Shown here: positions 17,790-26,589 of the stretch, piece after piece
Position numbering within the stretch: the stretch's first letter is position 1
Layout of the letters: each line of letters starts with the position of its first letter
Assembly: GCA_025057995.1 (NCBI GenBank)
Contig: JANXEW010000004.1
Coordinates: 24,801-88,800, forward strand
Reading direction: 5' to 3'
DNA: 64,000 nucleotides
Origin: Thermofilaceae archaeon
Lineage (GTDB): Archaea; Thermoproteota; Thermoprotei; Thermofilales; Thermofilaceae
Position numbers and translations under genes: made by a program
Notes under the pieces: generated by a model
Databases searched by the model: none
The model's input: only the letters and a program-made list of their open reading frames with translations
What the model was told of the DNA's origin: nothing

Positions 17790-19219
17790 ACAGTGAAATA
17801 ATTCCTTTGTACCCTCGCGTCGAGAAGGAGAACTTGGATTCGGTCAGGCTCAAGGATATAAGATTGCTCGAGCCTAGGGAAGAGTGGTTATCCTCTCTTT
17901 TACAAAATGCAGTCGAATTGCAGCATGAGCTGTCAAATCTACCGCTTTCCGAGAGGTTGAAAGCAGTTCAACTGATAGGAGATACTTGGAGAAAGAAGCT
18001 TGAGGAAGGCAAACTGTACTGGGTTAAGGAGGATCTAGTAAAAGCCACAGGCTACAGTCCATCTCTCGTAGAAATGGAGATGAAGCTTGTGACAGAAGTT
18101 TTTAATCCGGGGAACGTGCGCAAGGTACTCGACTCGGGTCTCGTAGGCGGCTCAAGGAGTTTAGAGGAACCCGTAGAAGTAGCGCTTGGAGAGTTTGTTC
18201 GTAACCTTCCAGTCGGTCCCGTGCTAGTAATAGGCTCAGGCAACTCAGTCATCCCACCGCTTATCCCGACCGTGCTCTCCCTCACGATCGGCAACTTCAC
18301 GATCCTCAGACCTTCTCTAGCAAATTTTGAAGCTGTTAAAGAGGTTTACAGCGCGCTTGAAGAACTGCCGGAAGATAACCCCTTAAGACGCGCTCTACTC
18401 GTTAGCTACTTTACTCACGAGAGTAGAAATCTCATGTACCTGCTTGAGAGAGCACCCGTAGGCTTAGTTAACTACTGGGGTGGGGAACCGGGAAGAACAG
18501 CGGTATCTCGGGCCGTTGCAGCAAACCGGTATAGACCGAGGTTCATAGTAAATGGACCTATGACGGGATTCGCCTTAATCGATTCTGCCAACGCTACTAT
18601 GGAGGTCGCAGAAAAGCTTGCCTTGGAGATGGTGCTTTACGATCAACAGCTCTGCAGTAGCCCTACCCAGGCGGCGTTCCTTGGATCTCGAGAGGATGCG
18701 CTCCAGTTTGCTGAAATGGTTTGTAGTGCACTCGACAAGGTTGGTGGAGAGCACCCTTTAAGCCTTGAAAGCATCCCCTACCCCCTCTTCGTCCTACGCA
18801 AGAGCTTGGAGCTGGTTGGAGCTAAAGTGTACGCCAGCAGCGACCCGCGCAACCCGTGGACACTAGTATTAGCCGGTAAGAGGTCGGTACTCGATAAAGT
18901 ACCGCAGAACACACTCATCCCCTTTTACGCTCGAAAAAGGTTCCTTGAACTAGTTGTAGTCCAGACGTTGAACGAAGCCATGGAGCTGATAAGGAATCTA
19001 CCCGAAAACCCCGCTTACACTGGAGTGGACAAGGTTCAGACGTTGTCTATAGCAGTTAGCGGAGACGTGCTTAAACAGGTTACCAACTCATTACACCTGT
19101 TAAGAGTATATCGCGTCGTGCCTCTGGGCGAAAGTTTTCTGAGAACTCCTGTGGAACCCTACGACGGCTTCTTCATCCCCTCGGCGTTCTCGTACGCTGC
19201 GTACGTGAGGGTGAGGTAG
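17786..19219 (+). CDS. LuxC-like acyl-CoA/acyl-protein reductase (aldehyde-forming, ALDH fold)
   Basis: VIGSGNSVIPPL...GNFTILRPS is an ALDH-like nucleotide-binding region. YDQQLCSSPTQ is a candidate acyl-cysteine motif as in the LuxC family. Its ATG overlaps the upstream TGA (ATGA at 17786..17789). Confidence 0.65.
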   Translation: MNSEIIPLYPRVEKENLDSVRLKDIRLLEPREEWLSSLLQNAVELQHELSNLPLSERLKAVQLIGDTWRKKLEEGKLYWVKEDLVKATGYSPSLVEMEMKLVTEVFNPGNVRKVLDSGLVGGSRSLEEPVEVALGEFVRNLPVGPVLVIGSGNSVIPPLIPTVLSLTIGNFTILRPSLANFEAVKEVYSALEELPEDNPLRRALLVSYFTHESRNLMYLLERAPVGLVNYWGGEPGRTAVSRAVAANRYRPRFIVNGPMTGFALIDSANATMEVAEKLALEMVLYDQQLCSSPTQAAFLGSREDALQFAEMVCSALDKVGGEHPLSLESIPYPLFVLRKSLELVGAKVYASSDPRNPWTLVLAGKRSVLDKVPQNTLIPFYARKRFLELVVVQTLNEAMELIRNLPENPAYTGVDKVQTLSIAVSGDVLKQVTNSLHLLRVYRVVPLGESFLRTPVEPYDGFFIPSAFSYAAYVRVR

Positions 19220-19221
19220 AG

Positions 19222-20217
19222 TTGAAAATCCTGGTCACTGGAGCCTCCGGTTTCCTCGGCGGACACCTCGTCGAAGAGTTAGTCAACCGCGGTTACCGAG
19301 TACGAGCCTTCGTGCGGAGGACAAGTGACACGAAACTCCTGAAGGAGCTTGGCGTCGAACTTTTTACTGGTGATGTTACTGATCCTAAGACACTAGATCC
19401 CGCTACAAGGGGGGTTGACGCCGTTGTACACCTTGCGGCATACTATACTTTCTTCGGGAAAAAAGAGCTCTACGAGCTCGTTAACGTGAAGGGTACGGAG
19501 TGGACTGCTCGCGCCGCACTCGAAAACGGCGTAAAGCGCTTCATATACTGTAGTAGTACGGAGGCGATCGGTCCCGTAAGGAACCCTCCCGGAGATGAAA
19601 ACACAAGCCCTAACCCACAGTTTGAGTACGGGAAGTCTAAGGCCAAGGCTGAGAACGTAGTCAAGAGCCTCGCCCAGGAGGGGCTAGAGTACACGATCAT
19701 AAGACCATCCGGCATATACGGACCCAGAAATATCGACGATATATCTTACTGGTTCATAACTAGCTACGCTAAAGGCGGGTTAGCAAGTAGAATCGCGCTA
19801 GGTTCCGGAGAGAACCTGGTTCAGTTCGCTCACGTCAAAGACGTAGTTCAAGGATTCATCCTCGCTCTAGAAAGAGAGGCGGCGGTAAATCAAGTTTACA
19901 TCATAAGCGAGGACAGGTGGTACACGTTCAATCAAGTCTACCAGATCTTGTACGAGTTGTGCGGCAAAGGTCCACCACACGTCAAGTTGCATCCCGCGCT
20001 CGCTAAATTCCTCCTAATCCCTCTGGAGATCTACGATGTCTTAAAAGGCGAAGGTAACCTCATGCACCGTACCGCGCTTGTCGACTCGGTTACGAGGGAC
20101 AGAGCCTATAGCATCGAGAAAGCCAAGAGGGAGCTAGGCTATAGTCCAAGTTACGACTTGCGTAGTGGGTTGCGGGAGACATTACGGTGGTATGAGGAAA
20201 ATGGCTTCCTAAGCTGA
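19222..20217 (+). CDS. NAD(P)-dependent epimerase/dehydratase-family SDR
   Basis: KILVTGASGFLGGHLV (GxxGxxG) and the YGKSK catalytic YxxxK motif. TTG start 2 nt after the LuxC-like stop. Confidence 0.85.
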   Translation: MKILVTGASGFLGGHLVEELVNRGYRVRAFVRRTSDTKLLKELGVELFTGDVTDPKTLDPATRGVDAVVHLAAYYTFFGKKELYELVNVKGTEWTARAALENGVKRFIYCSSTEAIGPVRNPPGDENTSPNPQFEYGKSKAKAENVVKSLAQEGLEYTIIRPSGIYGPRNIDDISYWFITSYAKGGLASRIALGSGENLVQFAHVKDVVQGFILALEREAAVNQVYIISEDRWYTFNQVYQILYELCGKGPPHVKLHPALAKFLLIPLEIYDVLKGEGNLMHRTALVDSVTRDRAYSIEKAKRELGYSPSYDLRSGLRETLRWYEENGFLS

Positions 20218-20318
20218 GAACGGGCTTCTACTAAGCACTTACCCCCACGCTGTTCAGGAGAGTCAACTCTTAACCAGCTACAACACGTGAATGTTACCTT
20301 CTTTCGTTTTTCCTACGA

Positions 20319-21071
20319 TTATAGGTGTTCTCTAATCCACGATAGGACCACAGCCTCCACCTCTCTTCGAACATTGTAGTCGTTAAAAACGTGGCCACCC
20401 TTCACTTCGAGGAACTTCTTCTTCACATTCAATGCCTCGAAGGAGGCCTTTGCTCTATCCAGAGGTACAGCTTCGTCGTCAACTGCATGAATTTGTAGAG
20501 TGGGCGCTTTAATCAAACTGGCTAGCTCTGGTGAAGAAACTAAGTCCTCTAGACCCTCTACCCTGATCCTTAGGGCACCGAAGTAAACATACTCGCCACG
20601 CTGAAAACGCTCCCAGCGACGTTCAAAGGGAGCGAAAGGACTAGTTGAGAGCAAAACCAAAGCTGCTATGTCACTGCGACCTGCAGCCACTCTAGTCGCT
20701 ACAAAGCCTCCCATGCTGAGGCCTACAATAGCAAAACGTGAGGCATCAACCTTATCGAGAGTTTTTAGGAATTGAATAGCGTTTTCAGCATCCTCTACAG
20801 CCATCCGGACACGGAATTCCTCGAACGGGAGAGGTGAGTCTCCGTGGCAGCGGAAGTCGAAGCGTAAGACGGCGTAGCCTGCCGAGCATAAGACACGTGC
20901 CATATCCGTGTAGAGCCTACCCGCCTCGCTCTTGTTACCCGTGAAACCGTGTAGAAGGAGAACCGGTTTAGGCTTAGGTGCTTTATCGGGAAGGTGGAGG
21001 ACTCCAGCTAGCCTTAAATCAGAGCTTGGAACCCAAACGAGTTCCTCCAAGTGGCCTACAGAATGGTTCAC
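20319..21071 (-). CDS. alpha/beta-hydrolase (serine hydrolase), paralog of 51912..52673
   Basis: LLLHGFTGNKSEAG, nucleophile elbow GLSMGG, C-terminal D...GGH triad residues. Confidence 0.8.
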   Translation of the reverse strand: MNHSVGHLEELVWVPSSDLRLAGVLHLPDKAPKPKPVLLLHGFTGNKSEAGRLYTDMARVLCSAGYAVLRFDFRCHGDSPLPFEEFRVRMAVEDAENAIQFLKTLDKVDASRFAIVGLSMGGFVATRVAAGRSDIAALVLLSTSPFAPFERRWERFQRGEYVYFGALRIRVEGLEDLVSSPELASLIKAPTLQIHAVDDEAVPLDRAKASFEALNVKKKFLEVKGGHVFNDYNVRREVEAVVLSWIREHL

Positions 21072-21128
21072 ATCTACTCTCTACTCAAGATAGTAAAAAT
21101 GGTTAACGTTAACTTAATTGAAAAAGTT

Positions 21129-22790
21129 TCAAGGACTTTGTAAACGCTTTTCGCCTACCTTCCTTTCAAGTTCGAGAAGAGCCGCAGCACTGTAGAAGCG
21201 AGTGTAGACTCTAGCTAGGTTGGCCGGTTTTCGCTCCCTAAGCCACAAGTCGGCGTAAATGCTCGCTAAACCTATGAAGTCGGCGACCGTAGCCTTTCCC
21301 TCAACCTTCCTTAGCCCGACATCCAAGCAACGCTTGATGAATTCCAGGTCACGAGGGAGGAGTACCCCCTCTGCTAATTTCAACGCTTGTCTCCATTCGT
21401 CGAAGATAGTCAAATTTTTAACTTCCTCCGTTGGTGAGAATAACACTTTCTTAATGTTGTTAGCGATCGAGCTTTTTCCGAACATCTTCCTCACTTCAAG
21501 AACATCGCACGACTCTCCGCTCAACGCGAGCCATTTCTCCTCCCAAGAGCCTTTACCTTCAGCGTACTCCATTGAAGCTAGGATAAGAGGGTAAAGGAAC
21601 GAGTACAAACACTCTTCGCCGTCATCGCCCCAAGCTGTAACCATAAAGCCTTTCACACCCTCCTCTCTAGCTGCCTGGAGGAAGTTTTTCACGTTAGTTA
21701 GAGCTATGTCGAAATCAGGGTAGTACTTGTTCCAGTTCCATAAGCCTGGACAAGCCAGCTGTTCATACCCCCTTTCTTTAAAGAGTCTAACCTTCTCTTT
21801 AAAGTATTCAAGGGTATTAGGCGTATAATCCCAGTTCGCGATCAAAGCTTCGCGCCAAACTGGGTTCTCCAATATCTTTCTCCAGAGCTCGCGCTCTTCT
21901 TCTCGCAAGTACATTCCAGCCACCATGTCTCCCCAGATCATCGGTATCTTGCCGCTGTCTCTAACCATCCGAATAAGCTTCGAGTGGTGTTCAGCGTAGA
22001 GGTTCGGACCCTCAAACTTTAGCGTTTTGTCCAAGCTTCTACCCCTACCGAGAGCCCAAGTTTCATCTCCGCCAACGTGTAAGTACTTTGACTCAGTCTT
22101 CAAAATAGCTTCCTCAAGCAGCTCCTCTGCAAACTTCCTCGCCTCAAGGTCACTAACGTTCAAGCAACCTTCTTCAGGTCTATGCCACTCGCTGAACCGC
22201 CAGTACTTGGGAAGCGTGAGTATCCATTCCATGTGACCGCACAACTCAAGAGACGGGAAGACTTCAATCCCTAGCCTCTTACCATACTCGACCACTTCTC
22301 TCCACTCCTCATTCGTATATCTACCCCTCTTCACACCTATGTCAGGATACCTGTCCCAGGGAAAGAGGTCTTCAACGTATATAGCTAGATAATTGTACTT
22401 GAGTAGGAAAAGCCAACGGAGCAATTTCTTCACCTCCTCAACTGTAGCGACTCCGCCGCGTGCGACATCTAGGTGAAAGCCACGAAACTCGAAGCGCAAC
22501 TCCTCTTCAACTCTGACCGCCGGTAGTTTACAACAGCCTCCCTGTATAGCTAGTTGGAGTAGAGTTGCCGTGTATACTCCCGGAACTCCCCACACCTCAA
22601 CGTAGCCATCGCGTACTTCAAGCCCCGATCCCCTTCTATCCACTCTCCTTATCTCCCAGCTACCCTTAGGGATGCAGAACTCTGAAGCGATAAAATCGTC
22701 AAGGTTCACGAAACCGTCAAAGTCAAACCAACGTTCCTTAAACTCGAGTTTAACTGGCTCGGGAACTACAACTGGCTTAACTTGGCTCAT
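21129..22790 (-). CDS. GH20-like beta-N-acetylhexosaminidase
   Basis: FRGFHLDVARG and HVGGDETW match the GH20 catalytic-domain motifs. I place the start at the ATG at 22790 (MSQVKPVV). The track's longest ORF runs to 22895 and would overlap the ThuA gene by 70 nt. Confidence 0.75.
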   Translation of the reverse strand: MSQVKPVVVPEPVKLEFKERWFDFDGFVNLDDFIASEFCIPKGSWEIRRVDRRGSGLEVRDGYVEVWGVPGVYTATLLQLAIQGGCCKLPAVRVEEELRFEFRGFHLDVARGGVATVEEVKKLLRWLFLLKYNYLAIYVEDLFPWDRYPDIGVKRGRYTNEEWREVVEYGKRLGIEVFPSLELCGHMEWILTLPKYWRFSEWHRPEEGCLNVSDLEARKFAEELLEEAILKTESKYLHVGGDETWALGRGRSLDKTLKFEGPNLYAEHHSKLIRMVRDSGKIPMIWGDMVAGMYLREEERELWRKILENPVWREALIANWDYTPNTLEYFKEKVRLFKERGYEQLACPGLWNWNKYYPDFDIALTNVKNFLQAAREEGVKGFMVTAWGDDGEECLYSFLYPLILASMEYAEGKGSWEEKWLALSGESCDVLEVRKMFGKSSIANNIKKVLFSPTEEVKNLTIFDEWRQALKLAEGVLLPRDLEFIKRCLDVGLRKVEGKATVADFIGLASIYADLWLRERKPANLARVYTRFYSAAALLELERKVGEKRLQSP

Positions 22791-22825
22791 CGCAAGTAAA
22801 AGAGAAAACCATCTAAAAACTGTTG

Positions 22826-23491
22826 CTATAGACCCATAGCCCAAACTAGTCCGCCGAGCAAATGCCGTTGAAACCAATCCTGTCTCCAAAGCCAAGTGAA
22901 ATGCCCAAAGGCTGTGTAAAACACCCTGCCTCTACCGTAGTTGTGGCACCAAGCGAGCGCGTAATCGTTATCTGGACGCGTCCCCTTGCTTAAGTCTACA
23001 GAAGAGTTGTCGAGGCTGATGAGTACGTGAGTCTTCTCCCTACTCCAATCTCTGAACGTGTAAACTTCTTCGAGAACTTCAAAAGTCGGAGACAAGTGTC
23101 TAGTCGATGGGTGTGTAAGGTCCTCGACTCTAACTTTCACCACTTGCGTCCACGGATGAGCTATGAAGTATCCACCAAGCATTTCCCCGTACTCCCTGAA
23201 ATTGTACAAAGTATCTGCAGCATTATGGACTCCTATAAAGGCTCCGCCTTCGCGAACAAAGTCTACAATCGCACGCTTTTGTTCATCGCTTAAAGGCAAC
23301 TCACCGGTTGTAATGAAGACGAGTGCAGAATACGAGCTTAATCTCTCCGGGTCTAGGTCTGACGGCTCCTCAGTTGCGAAAACCTCGAACAGCTTACTCC
23401 TCTCACCCAGCTTTACTAGCACCTCCACGGCAGTAGGAATGTAGCTGTGCCTAAAGCCCGCCGAATGTGTAAAAGCGATGACCTTTCTCAC
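22826..23491 (-). CDS. ThuA-like (trehalose-utilisation, class-I glutamine-amidotransferase-like fold) protein
   Basis: FTHSAGFRHSYIP, FITTGELPLSDEQKRAIVDFVREGGAFIGVHNAADT, and GRGRVFYTAFGH blocks are typical of ThuA. Confidence 0.75.
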   Translation of the reverse strand: MRKVIAFTHSAGFRHSYIPTAVEVLVKLGERSKLFEVFATEEPSDLDPERLSSYSALVFITTGELPLSDEQKRAIVDFVREGGAFIGVHNAADTLYNFREYGEMLGGYFIAHPWTQVVKVRVEDLTHPSTRHLSPTFEVLEEVYTFRDWSREKTHVLISLDNSSVDLSKGTRPDNDYALAWCHNYGRGRVFYTAFGHFTWLWRQDWFQRHLLGGLVWAMGL

Positions 23492-23676
23492 AAGCCCTTA
23501 TTTAGTCGCTAGTAAAAATACTTGACCATCGAGGATAGAATGTCGTGACAAGAATATCGAAACATGCGTTCTAATTAGTTTCTGGAGAACGCCATCTGCT
23601 TAAACGATACACTTCCTAAGCGAGCTTTAAGAACTCAACGCGTAGCCGTTCGCTTTAAGGATTTTAGATACTTGTA

Positions 23677-24240
23677 TTACTCCAACTGTTTCTTGAGTTC
23701 GTAGGGTTTCCAGCCTAGCTTTACTCGAAACTCATTTATTAACTGTACCGATTTCTCCTTCTCTTGTTTCGGCATCTTAGAGGATTTGAGTACGCCCATG
23801 AACAATGCGTAAAGGCGGGCGTTAACCGTAGCTTTAGATACACCAAACGTCAGATCTTCCCCAAGCTCTTTTAGTATGCTTTCCACTTCCTCAGCACTGC
23901 TTAAGCCCGTAGGACCCACATCCTTAACCTCCCTACCCAAGTAAACGCGGCCTTTCTCCACTACGACGACCTTCCCATCCTCGAACGTTATCCTACCCTT
24001 AACGACTCTATCGTAGAAAGTCCACGACTCGTAAGCGTGTGGTGCGAGCTCCTTCAGCCGAACTAGAACGTACCTCCTGATCTCGTCCGTGGTCATACCG
24101 TCGTAAACCTTCTGCTCAACCTCTTTCGCGATCTCGTGAGCTATCTCCGGGGGAGCACCAGCACTGACACACGCTTCGTACACTTTCCGGGGATCAAAGT
24201 CCTCGAGAGAACCCGAGCTCTTTCTAACCCTTTTTACCAT
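23677..24240 (-). CDS. ATP-cone domain protein with an uncharacterised C-terminal domain
   Basis: N-terminal VRKSSGSLEDFDPRKVYEACVSAGAPPEIAHEIAKEVEQKVYDGMTTDEIRRYV fits the ATP-cone pattern. The rest is unassigned. Confidence 0.6.
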   Translation of the reverse strand: MVKRVRKSSGSLEDFDPRKVYEACVSAGAPPEIAHEIAKEVEQKVYDGMTTDEIRRYVLVRLKELAPHAYESWTFYDRVVKGRITFEDGKVVVVEKGRVYLGREVKDVGPTGLSSAEEVESILKELGEDLTFGVSKATVNARLYALFMGVLKSSKMPKQEKEKSVQLINEFRVKLGWKPYELKKQLE

Positions 24241-24280
24241 GGATTCTCTTAGCGTCGAGGAAGTAGAAATGATTAGCGCT

Positions 24281-25066
24281 CTAGGCCGCGATCAGCTCGT
24301 AGACCCTGTCCTCTAGCTTCTGGAACTCCGCCGAGCGGCGGTCCCTTGGCCTCGGGATTCTAACTTCAATTACCCCGGCAATTTTAGCCGGTCTTGGAGT
24401 AAGGATGACAAGCTTATCCGCCATGAGGATTGCCTCATCTACGCTGTGCGTAACCATGATTATCGATCGGACTGTCGTCACACCTAGAGTCCAGAGGTCT
24501 AGGATCTCTGATCTCAGTGACTCAGCGGTAAGAGGGTCGAGATTGGAGAACGGTTCATCCATAAGCAGGATCATCGGTTCGACTGCGAGAGCTCTAGCTA
24601 AGTTTACCCTCTGCTTCATACCTCCGCTCATCTCCCTCGGGTAGAAGTCCTCAAAGGCTTGAAGACCCGTTAGAGAGAGGTACTTGCGTGCTCTCTCCCT
24701 CGCTTCCCCCCACCCCATACCCTGAGCTTTCAAGGGTAGCGCGACGTTATCCAGAATTGTCATCCAGGGTAGCAGAGTGGGGAACTGGAAGACAAAGCCT
24801 ACTTTAGCGTTCTCCGGAATGTCAACTCTCCCGCTATCAGGTTTCTCTAGCCCGGCTATGATCCTCAGTAGCGTCGTCTTACCGCATCCTGAGGGGCCTA
24901 GCATCGCTATGAATTCCTCACCTATTTCGAGAGAGATCCCGTTTAGAACCTGGATGGAACGTCCGTCTTGCTTGTACGATTTCGTGACGTTAACAAGCGA
25001 AAGCACAGGAGACACTACTCCCCACCCCCGTACCTTCTTTCGATAAACTCGAAAAACCTTTTCCAC
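24281..25066 (-). CDS. ABC transporter ATP-binding protein (nitrate/sulfonate/taurine-type)
   Basis: Walker A GPSGCGKTT, Q-loop, signature SGGMKQR, Walker B ILLMDEP. The likely true start is the GTG at 25015, which overlaps the permease stop as TAGTG. Confidence 0.9.
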   Translation of the reverse strand: MEKVFRVYRKKVRGWGVVSPVLSLVNVTKSYKQDGRSIQVLNGISLEIGEEFIAMLGPSGCGKTTLLRIIAGLEKPDSGRVDIPENAKVGFVFQFPTLLPWMTILDNVALPLKAQGMGWGEARERARKYLSLTGLQAFEDFYPREMSGGMKQRVNLARALAVEPMILLMDEPFSNLDPLTAESLRSEILDLWTLGVTTVRSIIMVTHSVDEAILMADKLVILTPRPAKIAGVIEVRIPRPRDRRSAEFQKLEDRVYELIAA

Positions 25067-26529
25067 AAGGCCTTATTGAAGACCGTTATAACCAGGGAGA
25101 GTAGCAACGCTGACATCGCTACACCGAGAGCATCGCCTTTAGCCGCTTTCCTGTTCAACACGGCTCCGACACCCCCGATGTCGATAACCCTCTCCCCGAA
25201 GCTCACGTACTCGGCAGCCACTGTTGAGTTCCACGCGCCGCCCCACGCGCTTAAAGCTCCTGAAGCGAGAGAAGGGAGAAGAGACGGGATGAAAACGCTT
25301 CTAAGGTACCATAGCCCTCTTATCCTGTACACTCTAGACATCTCCTCGAGATCCTTCCTCAAGCCGGCCAGACCGTAGACTATGAGGTTAAAGTAGAGGT
25401 ACCATAGCGACCCTTGCAGCATTACTACCGTTGCCACCATGTAGGGTCCTAAAGGACTTCCTAGAGCTATAGAAGCAAGAAGAGGCCACCACACGACCGC
25501 TGGGATGGAAGCAAGCACTTCACCAACTAGAAGTACTACTAACATTATACCTTTACGAGCGTAGGAAGCATACGTAGCTGCGAGAGAGAGAAAGACTGAA
25601 AATGCAACTATTGTTGAAACCCTGGCTAGGCTGAGGGGGAGTTCATAGGCGACCTCTAAAAGGCTACCGTAAACCGATTCAATGTCGAAAGAGGGGAGTT
25701 GCTTGAGCCCGCCGACGAGGAAATAAGCTATTGACGTTAAAACCGCGATTACTATAGCTTTCCCCGCAAAGCTTGGTAAGCGAATCCTTGCTTCAGCTTT
25801 AATCATCAAATTACCTAAGGTACTCCAAAGCGACCCTACGGAACTTTCTATAGTACTATAAACTGGGCGAAGCGATATTAGCTCCCTCTCTAGAATAGTT
25901 TCCCCCGCCGGGTTCCACACCAGGATATACGTGGCAAGGATCACGGTGAGAAGCGAAGCGACGCCCAAGTAGAAGCCATAGGAGTCGCCGCGTTCAAAAG
26001 CTTCCATAATGAAGGTCCCCAATCCTAAAAGCCTATGTTCAGCAGCTCCCATCGTTATGATCTCCGACGAAGTTAGAAAGAACCAGCCACCCGCCCAGGA
26101 TATCAAACTGTTGGCCACAAGAGAGTTTCGGGAAGCTGGAACGCAAAGGTAGAAGAAAACTGTTGCACGACCCATCCTGTAAACCTTCGACATGTCAAAA
26201 AGCATCGGGTCCAAGCTCTTAACCGAAGAGTAGACGCCGAAGATCAGGTTCCACAACTGGCTTGTGATTATAAGGAATACAGCCGCCGCTTCAACCCCAA
26301 TTCCCGCAGGCAGAACGGTTACGAAGAAAGCAAGAGCCGCCGGGAAGAAGCCGAGGATTGGGATGGACTGAAGTATGTCTAGGATTGGGAGAAGAAATCT
26401 CTCTACGGACCTGCTGCGTGCCATCGCAACGCCAAAAACCAGGGCGAGGAGCACTGAGAGAACGTACGCTGCAAGCATCCTTAACACGCTTGCAGCTGCG
26501 CACAACAGCAGGTAAAGCATTTCGCTCAC
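25015..26529 (-). CDS. ABC transporter permease, duplicated (two fused permease domains)
   Basis: 504-aa polytopic protein with roughly twice the usual number of TM helices. Sits directly upstream of the ATPase and is translationally coupled to it. Confidence 0.8.
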   Translation of the reverse strand: MSEMLYLLLCAAASVLRMLAAYVLSVLLALVFGVAMARSRSVERFLLPILDILQSIPILGFFPAALAFFVTVLPAGIGVEAAAVFLIITSQLWNLIFGVYSSVKSLDPMLFDMSKVYRMGRATVFFYLCVPASRNSLVANSLISWAGGWFFLTSSEIITMGAAEHRLLGLGTFIMEAFERGDSYGFYLGVASLLTVILATYILVWNPAGETILERELISLRPVYSTIESSVGSLWSTLGNLMIKAEARIRLPSFAGKAIVIAVLTSIAYFLVGGLKQLPSFDIESVYGSLLEVAYELPLSLARVSTIVAFSVFLSLAATYASYARKGIMLVVLLVGEVLASIPAVVWWPLLASIALGSPLGPYMVATVVMLQGSLWYLYFNLIVYGLAGLRKDLEEMSRVYRIRGLWYLRSVFIPSLLPSLASGALSAWGGAWNSTVAAEYVSFGERVIDIGGVGAVLNRKAAKGDALGVAMSALLLSLVITVFNKALWKRFFEFIERRYGGGE

Positions 26530-26589
26530 CGATCTACGCAGGCGATTGCTCCGGTACCTTTAAAAATATCTCTTTACAATATTCTACAG

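Noticed and set aside
22791-22895. 35-codon N-terminal extension of the GH20-like ORF
   Set aside because: It would overlap the 3' end of the ThuA gene by 70 nt. The ATG at 22790 gives a 35-nt intergenic spacer, and the extension has no signal-peptide character.
24968-25378. 136-aa plus-strand ORF, plus 24405..24644 and 24777..25046
   Set aside because: They are antisense to the ABC ATPase and permease genes, which have unambiguous Walker and signature motifs.
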